The notes beneath the pieces are model-generated. The model saw nothing but the letters and a program-made list of their open reading frames with translations, was not told the origin of the DNA and did not search any database. DNA of 64,000 nt from Balanoglossus misakiensis (lineage: Eukaryota > Animalia > Hemichordata), in contig CM082578.2 in the NCBI GenBank assembly GCA_040954595.2, positions 13,298,304-13,362,303 of the forward strand, in the 5' to 3' direction. Made by a program: the position numbers and the translations under genes. Below, in pieces: positions 1 through 12,800 of the stretch (the stretch's first letter is position 1; every line of letters starts with the position of its first letter).

Positions 1-11
1 AAGTGTCTTAC

Positions 12-1364
12 CTCCAGGTAATGCTTCTCTTCGTCGCCTTTCTTTGGGGTCACCTTCCGGATGATAGCAGTGAGCTTTCCTGAGGGAGAAATGTTCCGTA
101 GCAACCTGGAAGTGTATGATCATACATGTATCACATAAATGATAACCGGACAGCGAATCAGATGGGAAGTTGAGGGTGTCTGTCAGCTAGGATCACAAAT
201 GCAAGTACATGTACATGCTTTCAAAAATTTAAGAGACGGGAGAACACTCACTCAGAATTCAGCTCCACGGGGACGTCATTTCTGATGATGTTGGAACCAC
301 ACAACACTGTGTGATTCCTCTCAAAGTTGACATTTTCAGATCTCTCCAGATCGCGCTGCATCCACTGTGTGCTCAAGTTGCAGGCATTGTCCCGTTTCAC
401 CAAGCGGCCACTGACAATGGAGGCTGGCCTGACACATTCCCTGTAGACTTTAACACACTGTTCCACAGTGGCCTTTAATTACAAAAACAAATGTGTTGAT
501 AGAATGTAACATGATTATGACTTAAAACCATCTGAATACTTATCCGATTCCATCAAGAAACCTGTGATTTTTATACTTAAAACCACTTTGTGACAACATT
601 CATTCTATTCAATTAACCCTATCAATAGCCAAAGGACTTTATTGGACCTACGCAATGATGCCCAAAACACAGCAAATTAACTTTTTCTACAGTTCTCCTT
701 TCAGATTGGGTATATCAATTTTAACGCTCCATAAAATGAACACACATGTAGTATCATACGAAAAAAAGATGTCTGGTGTGGCACAAACAATGCAACTTTC
801 TAAATTTATGATCATGTTTTATTTCTATGATCATATTCTTTTTCAAAAACTGAATTTTTCCAGCCTTTGCAGTCGACAAGACGCGTAACTCAGTGAGCTG
901 TTAATTGCTTGAATGCCGCATTCTGATTGGTCAATTTAGTGGCCACTGGAGGGCAGCGTTCATGAGACCCCCTGGGACCATGGGACCCACGACGCGACGG
1001 GGTACGGCTCTGGCTGGCGTGCCTGGGTGTCGCATGTGGACTCCTCGCCCAGCCAGAGCACCTATGCTTTGAACCGTCCTGCACCGGTCCAAGTGACCCT
1101 AAACTTCTCAAATTTCCGCGTCATCCGACATAATGATCATCATTACCATGGAGCCTTGAGGAGGTAGCCACTAAAACCTCTTATGGAGAAACACAGTCCC
1201 CCTTGAACCGATGGTGGCATGCTCTATATACCACGCGAAAGTTCCAGCACAGGAACTGCAATACTACTTAGAAAGTGTTTCGTTTCCGAATGCGATACGT
1301 GTACACTAATGTCCAAACATTAAGCCCAGACTAGACACTTACGTACCTTCGCACTGCTAGCCAT
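12..1364 (-). CDS. APEH: Acylamino-acid-releasing enzyme, 5' part (exons 1364-1347, 472-252, 105-12; continues beyond the window start)
   Basis: Spliced product MASSAK-ATVEQCVKVYRE...WMQRDLERSENVNF...ELLRNISPSGKLTAIIRK...EEKHYLE matches the recalled human APEH N-terminus (WTQRDLERMENIRF; SPSG; EEKQFLE). GT-AG sites and phases 0/2 are consistent. Confidence 0.9.
940..958 (+). promoter_or_regulatory. CTCF-like motif in APEH intron 1
   Basis: TGGCCACTGGAGGGCAGCG, one mismatch from the common core CCACTAGAGGGCAG. Confidence 0.45.
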
Positions 1365-1968
1365 TTTGAGTCACGTGTAAGGTCACTGCCTGGGTCACTG
1401 CACTATCTAGGTCAACGGTTGTAAATATACCGTTTAGGGTTCGTCGCTACCACAAACTTTTAAAATGTACACGTTAAAATCAATTTCACCGATGCGTGGG
1501 TTCGGCAAGAATATGGTCACATTTGTCAATTCTGGGCGAAAATCTCAAATATACATGTAGAGAGAAAACAGGCTACTTTCAGCTATAGGGGGCGCTTTTC
1601 TTGCCACAAGTTTTCATGTGGTGAAAATGTTAACAAAAACTCACGCACGGGGATATGCTGGTAGTGTTTTTCCTTTTAAAAAAGTTTGTTAACGCTCCTC
1701 TTTTAGCCCACCTGTAGAAGACAGAGGATGGCAACCTGTACATGTCCCATAGACACAAAAGAGGCACATTTCACTCATGTTGATTTTCTGTAAGCTTTAA
1801 TTTAATGCATGTTCACTTGATCATGAAATTCAATCACGAATTGTCAGAAACATTTACAACCACAAACACCACACTGCATCTGCAGCATCCTAAATGTCTG
1901 TGGAAACGTGAGGTGGGTCTGTCTGTCTGTGTATCTGGATGACTGTGTCATTGTTTGCAATTCTGTCC

Positions 1969-3008
1969 TCAGCAGCCTTCTCTGTCTCTGGGTGGGTTCT
2001 TCTTCTGCCACTTTACTTTTTGATTTCTGTTTTAAAAAAAAAAACGGAAAACATTGAAAACAATTTGCTTACAAGAATAATATTATACATCAGTAAACCC
2101 CAAGACCAAGACGCACACACATTCTGTTTTGCTGCAATCATACAGACGACACCAACGCAAAAACTAAAGACTACTATTAAAAGTTGTACATGTATGTCAC
2201 ACAGATTTTTTGGGTGTGAGATACTTACTTGGGATACCACCTGTGCTTTGTTGTGTGGAACATCTCGGCTAATTCTATTTCATCAGGACCCTGTCTGTCT
2301 TTTTGCAGGTCTTTGACAAAGCTGTGCCGTAGCACGTCCTCATGAGTCTGCTCTGGCTTTGTTGGGTCTGGTCTAGAGATAGGCTGATGAAAAGTAAAAA
2401 ATATGACATTTTAGTGTTGTGTACCTTTTGTCAACGAGCCACAGTAGGTATATCTGAGGGGCAACACTTTTTGGGGACCTTCATCAGAGGAAACAAAACT
2501 GAACACATTGGAGATTTGCATACTTACTCGACTGTGTTCATATGGAAACTCTTCAGTGGGATGATAACATAGAATCACGTTACCGCTTTTTGATACAACC
2601 ACATCTGGCTTGGTACTGCTGTTAAAAAACACAAAATTAACGGTCACATCACTTTATTGTATCACAAACTTACATAGTCCTCAGCCCTCTGTAGTCACAT
2701 CTATTCTGGTACATGTTGCCCAACTGTCAACACACGTATAGTTACCTGCTGTAGTTCTCAGTGGCAGACACTGTTGATGTAAATAACCTGGCATGACCAC
2801 ATGAACCTGAGTTGTGAGAACAGAAAAAGCGACAGTGTCGTCAGACATTTTGCATTCGTTTCAACTTTAGCAGGTGTTTACGGAAATCAATGGCGTGGCT
2901 CAACATCGGGGCTTTTTCAAACAGATAACACTTACACTTAACTGGTTTTGCGACCGAGCCAGTAAACCTTAAACTGCGAAGCATTCCTACTCTCATGGAG
3001 GCAGCCAT
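1969..3008 (-). CDS. MRPL42: Mitochondrial ribosomal protein mL42 (exons 3008-2936, 2806-2746, 2618-2528, 2383-2229, 2026-1969)
   Basis: [23 protein letters not shown]...MFHTTKHRWYP...NPPRDR matches the recalled MRPL42 motifs (CYHP..PYEHTKPI; FTTKHRWYP; NPPKDR). Basic N-terminal transit-like peptide. Phases are consistent. Confidence 0.93.
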
Positions 3009-4293
3009 TTTATCGATGACCCAGCGGTGACCTTTCGCGAGCTGATGTGCGCCCCTTACGTTCGTGAGAATCCTCCCTGTTCGTTACCACGGTGACGTGC
3101 TTATGCATCTTGCCCCATGATGTCCATGGTTCTCCCAGTACAATTTATTCCAGAAAAGCGACAATACGTCGCATCTGCGTTTCCTGAAAGATGATATACA
3201 GTTTGTTCCCCGTAAGAGGAGAGACAGCTGCGCAAAATGAATGGCGATTATCGCCATTTTGAAATCGCATTATCTGTTGCTATTGTTCACACCATAAGTT
3301 AGTGCGTGGTCCAGCTCTTCATTTCGCACTTCCTCGAATAAATATTGCACAATAATATATTAGCGCATATGCACCCATACGTGAGGCCGCCGCCAAAACG
3401 ACAAAGAAACCTAATAAATTTACCGAAGAAGCAGTCGCCCGTGGGAATTTATGACCACGAGCGACTTTTCTGTATCTTGCTTCTTGCTTTGGGTTCAGAT
3501 GAGTTCACAGGCGCCCACACACGACTGACATGATTAAATTTGTCGCCAACATAATAAACCATATTTGTGTATATTGTCCCCGGTATAAAATTCTGCTTCT
3601 GAACACAGATGCACTAGTGCAATTGTTTGCAAAGCATTGGTGGGAATTGTTACAGGACAGTCAGTAGGGGGCCTAGGGACACGTATAATGTAGTTTCCAT
3701 GACGAATTTTTCATTGGAGGAGGCTGTGGTCCCAGTTCTTTCAGCGCTCCAATGACTTGCATTGTTCATGTTGTTTGTTTCTCCGAGCCGACACACCACT
3801 TGCACAACAGCTGAATCATATAAGGTCATCTATTTTCAGTCCGTCACAGGACCGCAGTTTTGCATGCGTGAGCGGGACTGATGGCAGTTGGCGACAGTTG
3901 TGGAGTAAAAACCCATGAATGATGACGTGGGTCAGTCTGTTTGCATAGGGGTCAACAGCTAATCTGTGAAATAGTGGCTCTTCGTGGGTTTGGTCCGAGA
4001 AAGTGGGTCGCGATGCTCATGGCACACCTATTTGAATCACCAATGTCTAAAATGTAACTTTGTGTTAGTTTACAAGGGGTTGGTTGTACGGTTGTACTAG
4101 TATTTTACAAACCTGTTTGTGGTTATTATGCAAATATTGTACATAAAAGCAATATACATCAATGGGTAACTGATACATTTGTTTTCCTAGAAAAGAGTTG
4201 CCATATTCCAAAGTCAAAATCAACTACTAATTTCATTGTCATGCTACTAAATGAAACTGACAACCTATCAACACGCGTGACCGTCAAGTGGAA

Positions 4294-4312
4294 CAGTGCC
4301 ACCTGGTGGCCA
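4294..4312 (-). promoter_or_regulatory. Near-consensus CTCF motif
   Basis: Minus strand reads TGGCCACCAGGTGGCACTG. Confidence 0.55.
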
Positions 4313-6235
4313 GGGTAATGCTCCCGTCGAGCACACCCTGCTCCCCTAACGGACAAGGTAAATTACCTGTGACACCGCTGCTCTCTGTTCCGCATACTGA
4401 TTCCTGTCATTGTTTCTGAGGAACACTGGTATCAGTGTTTTTTTGCCTGCAACCATTACATGTAAAGGCCAGCAACATCGGTGACCTGAATTTTCCGGTG
4501 GGAAAATCAACAACAGTGACATGAGATGACACCACGAGCAATTACATGACTCAAGGAAGAATCGCCCAATCCAAGAAAGGAGCCAAGCACCCACAAAATA
4601 CAGTTGTTGCTTCATGTGCTTGTTTGCATATTGCTAGTACAAGGAAAGTGATCCGATTTGTGGACTGTATGTGCAGCTGCACTGAGTACTTTGAACCGTT
4701 TTTCTGTCGACGACAAGGATTATATTCATGGGAGGTCTGCGGGGGAGCAGACGGACAGTTCGACAGAGCGGTTGAATGCGGTGGTCCTGGGAGTGTGATT
4801 CAGCGGCACATGGATTCTGACGTCACTCACCACTTGTCTGCAAGCATCAAAACAAGTATTTTTAGAGAAGGTCGGCTGGCCACTACTTGCGACCATGTTT
4901 ACAAGTCCTGTGAGACAACATGACTTTTTCGTCAACTTTAAAATGAAATATTTGAAGCTGTAGGGATTTTACGCTTTGAATGCCCTCAGCTAAAACACAA
5001 CATGATACCACACCCTTCGTCTAGTTTGTAAGATGACTCTCGTCACTTTATGGGATAAATAGGGAGGTGAATTAATCCGTAAACGGTGGAGCTGACGACA
5101 GTTGCTTCCCGTGGTTTTCGGCTCAAAAGGCCAAGCTGTGACAGAGCTCATGAAATCACTACCACGTGAAAGAATTGCATTCATTTCTAATAAATATCGA
5201 GGCAACGAATCCCGTGGAGAAATACATAGAAATGGTATGGTACGGTTTACCAGTCCCGGATACCACGCACGTGTGTCCTTCAAGAATTCCGCCACAGCCA
5301 AATTGACACGGGAGTAAACTTGTCGTCCCAACTCACTTAACATTTTTCCACGGTGGACACCACATTCCTCATCCCTTCCCCCGAATTCCACGCGTGGATA
5401 AAACAATAAGAGGGGTCGAAAACAATCTGTGATCCCAAATATTCTCGAAAGCTTTTTCGCCAGCGGCGTGTAAATTGAGAAGTCGGGAGCGTCTCTTCGG
5501 GTTGCTATGCTGCAAATTGAACATGGTTTACGTTGCTGTTGACAGTTTCCAGGGAAACCATTTCAATAACCGTTACTTGTATCATTTGTCGTGGGTATCC
5601 AAAATGCAAGTGTAGTATTCTGTGGACGTACAATATTCTGTTTAAAATACCAACGAAAGCGATACCCCACACCAAAAGAAACAGTTACTCTCTGGTCGAA
5701 AAGATGTACGGCATGTAATGGCATCGGATGAGACGATCGGTTGTCAGCACGCCCTGCTGTGCTGGCAAAAAATTATATCTGAGGATTATATGTCGCAATA
5801 ACTTATACGGCAACCGTTAAGATTAAAAACATGGAAATATTCCATTAACGTTTATTAATCAACTAGGTTGTTACATTTCTATTCCAAATAAAATGTTACG
5901 CATATTTTGACCCCCTCTGATTGTACATACCAATGGGTAACTTGAATGTATAAAAATACGATAAAAAGTGGAACCCTTGCGTTTTCACGTTTTTGCTCCG
6001 TACATAGCAACGTGTTGCAATTGAGCTTCTTTCAGTTTCGAAATTTAATTAATTTTCGAGTGTACTTCTCAACGGTTTCAATGCCAGGGTCCAACTTTAC
6101 TGCAGACCCCAGTAGAAAAAGACATGTCTGTGGGCAGTTTACATGACACGTTTCTCAATGAAAAGGTCTACGGCGGCACTTTTGACCAGTCCAGAAAAAT
6201 CTGTGTTATCGAACGTGCGCAGTGTGGTCGATACT

Positions 6236-9200
6236 TCAGCAGTACGTGGGCTGGAGTTGTTTGGATTCCGTGCCCCAGCGAGATTTGTCTTTCGGGGTAT
6301 CGACGATGGTGAAGCCGCTGAACGATCGCCGATTGCCGGCGGCGTTTATGTTCGGCCAGGCTGCCTGGAACCCGGCGTAGCGAATCCCACAGAGCCGGAG
6401 GGAGTCGCGGTGGTCGGCACTATCCAAGAACGGCCCTCTCGAGGTGGTGGGCGTGGTCCTCGTCGGTTTGGCGCACCGCGAGAAATTGGACCCCGGATTG
6501 CATGATGGCGCACCGGGGAAGAGTCTCTTGTTGGGTCCGGCGTAAGATGCCCGTAGGTGGGGAGTCCTGTCCCTGCTGAGCAGCCCATCATCGAGGGGCA
6601 ACGGGGAATCGGCCAGATCCCAAGTTAATCGACTCATAGGTTTAAAGCACATGTCCTCGCTGACACTTTCCTCTGTGGAAACATTGGAATAGTAAGGGTC
6701 CGACACAGGTTTATTTATTGCGTTTTCAGGAGGATGGTCCTCGATTTCACTATTAAAATTGATGTTCGCTCTTTCTTTCTTAATGTCCTCGCATTCACAC
6801 TCTGGCAGATCGATCACACTTGCATCCAAAGCCTTCTCAATGTCGTAGAACAGGGGACGTCTGTCGCCGGCAATATTCGACACACTATACGCCTGAACAC
6901 ATCCAGCCTGTTTCGAATCGCCAGAATGTCCGTCGAAATTCTTAACTTTTTTGTCCTTCTTTATACGAACGTCGCCGTTCTGTAACTTACGCTGAGCTGA
7001 ATGGGGGTGGGGTACGTGTCTCTGGTCAGCCGTGGATCGGCCATGACAGTGGTGCGACACATGATCCAGCTGGCCGGCAGCCTTGACATTCGCAACTTTG
7101 CGGGACTCGTGCTCGCGAGTTTTTCGTTTACTACTTCCAAGACGGCACTCGAAGGACCCATTTGTCATGATTCTGCTCGGTTTGTGTTTATTCCGTGTGG
7201 TTTTGTTGTTGTTATTATTGTTTTTATCTTCTTCCTTGAAGCGGGGGACGCTGGTTACACGAACATCCGAGAGTCCGTCGGTATGACTATGAGGGCATGT
7301 GCACACAAGATGCCGGTGGTCGCACTGGGTCACGGCCGCAGTTTTCCTTTGTTTCCAGTCTTTATTGACAGTCTGGCGGCTCAGTCTATCCACTATATCA
7401 CTTGAGATTTTTCTGTACAATTCCCTTCTTTTTATCTTGACCAGGTCATCGTTGTCCGTGCGTCGTTGGGGTTGCGTGTTCGACACACCGGAACGTCCTG
7501 TGCCAACCGGACGGGATTTGCACGCTGGCTCTTCACTACCGCGATATGGGTCAATTCCTTTGGCACGGTTCACATCTTTGATTGTCGACTGAACGTGCTG
7601 ACGGGGAACGACGGGCACAACTTTCTTGTCTTCAACGCTGTAACTAAATATCCTATCCCGGTGGAAGCCTTTCTCTACACTACTGTCGACGTTCGACAAA
7701 GTGTTTTCTTCAAACGTGTCCCAATCGTACGCGGCCAAAGTTTCCTCGTCGTCCTCTCCCGTAAAACTTTCCCAATCGTACAGGACACTCTCGCCCTCCT
7801 TTTGCGTCGCCGCCTGTTCGCTCGCATTTGCGGGTTCGTGGTGTTTTCCTTTCAGCTGAAAATGTCCGTACTTGATCCATTCCTCGGTGAGACCGCTGCG
7901 CGCGGCTTTTCTGGGGGCGAAACCGTCTCCGCTCAGCTCATCGCCATTTTCATCGTCCTCAACTTCATACCAAGCTGGCTGCTGGCCACCAGCAGAACCG
8001 TTGCTCACTTCTGAAACAGCGATGACCCCGGTATATCCCACACCCGTGCGATCAGAGGAGTGCGCGTCTTGAAACTCGCTCGTCGCCATGGCAACACCGC
8101 TGTCCTCATCCTCAGTGGTGGCATCCTCGTTCAGCTTTGCTGAGTCAGCAGTCAAAATCGCCTCCTGGTGGATCACGCCTTCGAATGTCTGGTACAACCG
8201 CAGCACCTTTTGCGAAACCAGGTCTCCTTGTTGGCACAGGGTTTTCTGGTTAGGGGGGTAGACAGAAATAAAGTTGTTTTAAATATATACAGTGACCTTG
8301 GAAGATCGGAATTTCGGTTAGGTTTGGGGCAACAGAAGCATTTGTTTATTTTCACAACGCAACTTCCACGGCATGTCTGGGAAACAGTTACAACAGTGAC
8401 TAACAAGCGTATCAAATTTAAACGTGGTCCCGATATAACCTACATGTACGTCGCATTGTTCCGTTGTTTGTCCGGTTTACTTTTCACCAATGTAGGAGAA
8501 TCTCAGCCACCAGACTTGTGCGATAACTGCAAACACACACAGGCGCTACCAGAATAATTTAGTTTATAACACACAGTTGGTAAGGGAGTGATTGTGCGGA
8601 CTGTATCGAGTAAGCTTTATATGGTCGAAGTGTCCGCCCAGATTTAATTGACTCGTGCAGAAATAATCAATACCGCCTTTGCGCGGCTAATGCATCACTT
8701 ATATTTGCATTGGTCCGCCACTGTAAATAATAATAGTAAAACTAATTATAGACAGTTTCATATTGTAGGGGCGCCCTGTCGATAGAACTGTGCCATATTG
8801 GTTCCCCTGATTTTTTTAATCAGTGGTTGCCGGTAATAATCAGTGCCTACCCCTCCGAGGTTGGAATGCATGCGTGCCTGTGTGGGTGTGCGTGGTACTG
8901 GGATTAATTTCGGAAGTATGCATTCACCAAGCCCGTGAAGGCGAGAGCGCTGAGAACAATAAAAGTGGAAATGTGTGCAGGATTCACGGCCGACAAAGGT
9001 ATTTTGTTGACCTGCAAACGTTCTCTCAAAGAGCCACGCAGTACCATGTAATTCGTTTCTCTTCGAAACAATGGGGCTAATTTGTCAACTTGCATCATTC
9101 GGCTGGTTGGACGGGCGAAATCTATTGTCTTTGAGTGTATAGCTTTTTGAAATAAATCTCGCCGATTTTTCTCGTTGCTGTTGTTTTGACCGTCACTATC

Positions 9201-9847
9201 CGAGACAAGACGCAGCAACAGTGAAAGTCAAACAAGTTACAACTAGTGTCCCAATTAAACCGCCGGCGTTGGTCTGGGAAGTCAAAACGCAAACAGCTTC
9301 ACGGCTTTTCAATCGACACCGTAATGGAATGAACATGTGGGAGATCGGGTTTCGTTGTCACGTTTCTCCGTGCCGTGACAATATACAGCAGAACATTACC
9401 AGAAAAAAATAACCCTTCTTACCCTATAATTTTAACCCGCGTTTGACTGTCACGAATGGTATGCCCCTGACATTGAAACATATCGATTGCGCTGGACGTT
9501 TTAAACAGAAATCCATATTTACCGCATTTGAAATACAATCCTTCCCACAACGAACACTATGTGGAGGCGGTTGAGATCCACGGTATATGGGCCCATTCAA
9601 ATAACGATGTAAATTTAATGGCGAGTTTGTTTACAATTTATAGAGTTAAAAAGGGCCTGACATGTAGTGCCAAGTCACCAAATATCCTCGGGTTTGTTTG
9701 CGAACAAAGGACTAATACACTTACGATGTCTTTCTGCAGTGTTGCCAACAACGTATCCATTCTGGTGGGCGCACGTTTCGTCGCTGTCCTCGCAGAGCGA
9801 ACGTCATCGGGGCCAGGGCGACTCGTTCCGGGCGACGTTTCGTCCAT
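6236..9847 (-). CDS. Two-exon ~710-aa mostly disordered protein, putative INKA/FAM212-like (exons 9847-9725 and 8245-6236; alternative ATG at 9760)
   Basis: 2010-nt open exon preceded by a pyrimidine-rich ...ctaaccag acceptor. The upstream exon ends at a GTAAGT donor in phase 0, joining MDTLLATLQKDI to KTLCQQGDLVSQKVLRLY. The gene structure is well supported; the family assignment is tentative. Confidence 0.7.
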
Positions 9848-12800
9848 TCTCCCGGGCTCTGGAGGAAATGTTGGTCGTTTCGGTCGATGTCTTGAGACCA
9901 GCTGCCTTTTCCGCTCCACCGTACAGCTGACATGAATTAATGGACAGAGGTTTGTCAGAGCATATTTCGTGCGCCGCTATCTTCCTCGAAGCCCACCACT
10001 TCTGTAATGAATGTGTTTTACGACCAGTGGTTGTATTAGCTGTTCCAACAAATGGTCGCGTCCCGCGTATCAGAGTGGTCAATGCAGCCGTGCAGTGGCG
10101 TTTCTTGACCATCACCTTTCGACGAGACGATTAACAAACAATGACAGTATTGAAAACAAACAAGACTGGCCGTAAATTGTACTCTGGAAACCAACATCTT
10201 CACGCGATGGCCATACTTATTTCGGGATTGACGGGAATCTTGGCCAGTCGGGCCATGGTCGGACAGAGGGTGTGGAGATCATTGTTGGTATGGCCAAGCA
10301 TTCACGCGAAAGACATTCCAGGGATTTCCAGACAATAGAGAGATGAATGAGCGTGTCAACTAAAACAAAGCTATCACCTATGGAGAAAAAAAAACGTAAT
10401 GGCCGCGGGACATAAGAGTGGAAACCCCCCAACAATGCAAATTATCAGCTCAATCTTGCCTCGCTTCCGAGGGTCTTGTGAACGAGTTCAAAATGTTGAA
10501 TAACGCGTATTATCGGTATTGAGATACGAAGTAATTACAGACCATCGAGAGACAAAGAGGCCCCCGACATTCTATGATAAGACAAGATTACACGCAAACG
10601 TACAAGTAAAAGACGTTGAAGGCCATCGATTTGCATGCTCCGAAAGTCCACGCGATTTCCCTTTCGTCCTGTTTAATAGCAACATGTGCAAATCCGTTGA
10701 TTCCACGCAAGACAATATAATCACCGTGTAATTGTATCGGACTGTGAATGGTATTACACATTAGCCATTGTTTCATCTATTATGCATTGGAACATGGATG
10801 ATTCATTCATGGGGGAAATTCCTGCGCCGAATGTCACCGACGCTATTTTTAGAAATGGTATCAAAGATCAATACCACGGACAAAGCTGAGTTCGCAACTT
10901 TTGTGTGTTTGTTTAACGGAAAAAAAGTCAAATCCACGTGGACAGTACACGTGAAATCAGACCGCGGATCTCGTGTAATATTTGTATGAGACGTCGCATC
11001 ACCCCGCAGTTGCTACGGCCCACTGTTACGTCACTTGGGTATGATGAAGTTCTTTGGCCGATTGGCCAAGCGACTAGCAGATTCCCGGCCGTAAACGCGA
11101 TTTCCCCGACGCACGTTCAACAAGTGCATTTCTCTCAACGAGAATACCAATCTGATTAAAATCAGATGTGGGGAACGGCGACGTGGTTTTTTTTATGCTG
11201 TTGCCTACTTCAATCAGATTGCGAGAATACCAAAGTGCCGACCAAGACGCAAATACCAACATTCACAACGATTGAAGCTGAGTCAGACGCGCAAGATCAT
11301 TCACTAAACATGAGATCGCCAACTCACAAATACACAAAAGTTTCAGATTTCGCCCCGCCTAGCGGGCGTGGCACGCGCCAAACGCATCCTGTAAGACTTT
11401 CAGTGAAAAGCAAAACACATCGTTTGAAAGGGACTTTCTCGACCGATTCACACAACGGCGCTGAACCCTACACCGTTCCCACGATGTAACGCGTGCGTGA
11501 ATTCGATGCAAAGATGTCTTTTGACGCTTGCACAGGCAAAAGTCACAGCTGGTGCCAAGGCCGGGGGTGTAGAGTAACGCGTGGCTATATTGTAATTGAA
11601 ATAATAAAACATCCAGTGGCTACTTGACCTGAAATTGTAATAGTGTGCGCTGCGGTGAACACGTCAGCATATTCCTGTGCATGCACACATGTATATTAAA
11701 GAGAGGTTCTCGGTTTATTTCAAAACTTTCATAAGTAGGCATTGGGAATTTTTATTTGAAATTCGATATTCAGGCGCCAGCACACGAGGAAAACTTCCCA
11801 GTGAAGGAATGCAGAATATGTAGATAATTACGATGCTATATTCCAGGATATACGAGTACTTACAATCTTTGGTCCCCTTTTCGGTATAAGTTCCGTCTGG
11901 AGGTCATATTTATGAACATATAAATCTAATTGAATTGCTTTTTTAGATATATGCCAATCTGGCAACGCGAGCAGCAGACCGTCAAAGGTAAAGACACCGC
12001 CTATCTCTTCGTCTGATTTTAATCAGATTGGGTACACGTGTATATTATGCATTGCATATTGTACTGAGGTAATATCGTCATTTTCAGCTGTGGTATACCG
12101 AATGTCACGATATCATGATCGATTTTGACCCTTCACTATAGACACGCCGGAAATTAAAATGTGAGATTTTTTTATCTTCATTCCGATCCCCGATCGAATC
12201 AAAATTGCTCACTTGGTGAACGTTTTCACCAGACCATTCTGCGTTCAATACAACCCGAATTCTTTCTGACTCCTTGCGGTCCCTCTACGCGACCCTCTCT
12301 TTGAAGTGATCGTCTGAGGAGTACTTTCACAATGTATACAAAGGTGTGAAGTCTCAACGTGTGATCGTGCCGTTGGCTGTGGCTTTTTAAAAACCACTGG
12401 AATGTTAAACTAACCTAATCCCCTCCGAGATCGCACGTGATAACAAAAGACGTAAGAGAGATCGATAACAATAGCGATGGCCATCTTCCATTGTTCACGG
12501 TGACAGTAATCAACAAAACAAAGAAGGACTCGACCTTCTTTTGATGCAATTTTGTCGAACTCCTCAATTTACAATTTAATCCGGGCAACATTGAGAAAGA
12601 AACAATATCTCCTTTGCGCGTCGGGATTATATTGATTTCGACATATCGTCGCAAGTGTCATGTACTGATTTTCTTGTGTTGATACTGCCCCCACGAAGAG
12701 GCGTTATACACAAAATTTACACAAATTCCCTTCAGGGACAAAATGCGGAATTCGAACACTTGTTTTGCTTTTAACCTTGCACATGTAATCCGGTAATTAA

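Noticed and set aside
1036-1060. CTCCTCGC resembles the HDV ribozyme L3 loop
   Set aside because: Flanks (GAC/CCA) cannot form P3, and no P1/P2 pseudoknot was found.
1094-1104. ACCCTAA as a telomerase RNA template
   Set aside because: Only 7 nt with no alignment region; no pseudoknot U-tract or H/ACA layout evident.
1945-1980. MRPL42 ends GGC TGC TGA GGA, which would read Gly-Cys-Sec-Gly like the thioredoxin reductase C-terminus
   Set aside because: No SECIS-like AUGA/AA/GA hairpin seen by eye in the short 3' UTR (ATTAAA at ~1806), no stop directly after the Gly, and homology ends at PPRDR. SECISearch would settle it.
3345-5718. Short ORFs between MRPL42 and the INKA-like gene (and at 10-13 kb and 53-59 kb)
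   Set aside because: No recognisable domains, consistent splice chains or coding-like composition.
2813-11483. Su(H)/CSL sites and E-boxes around the INKA-like gene
   Set aside because: Short motifs; the handful seen cannot be distinguished from chance without a formal enrichment test.
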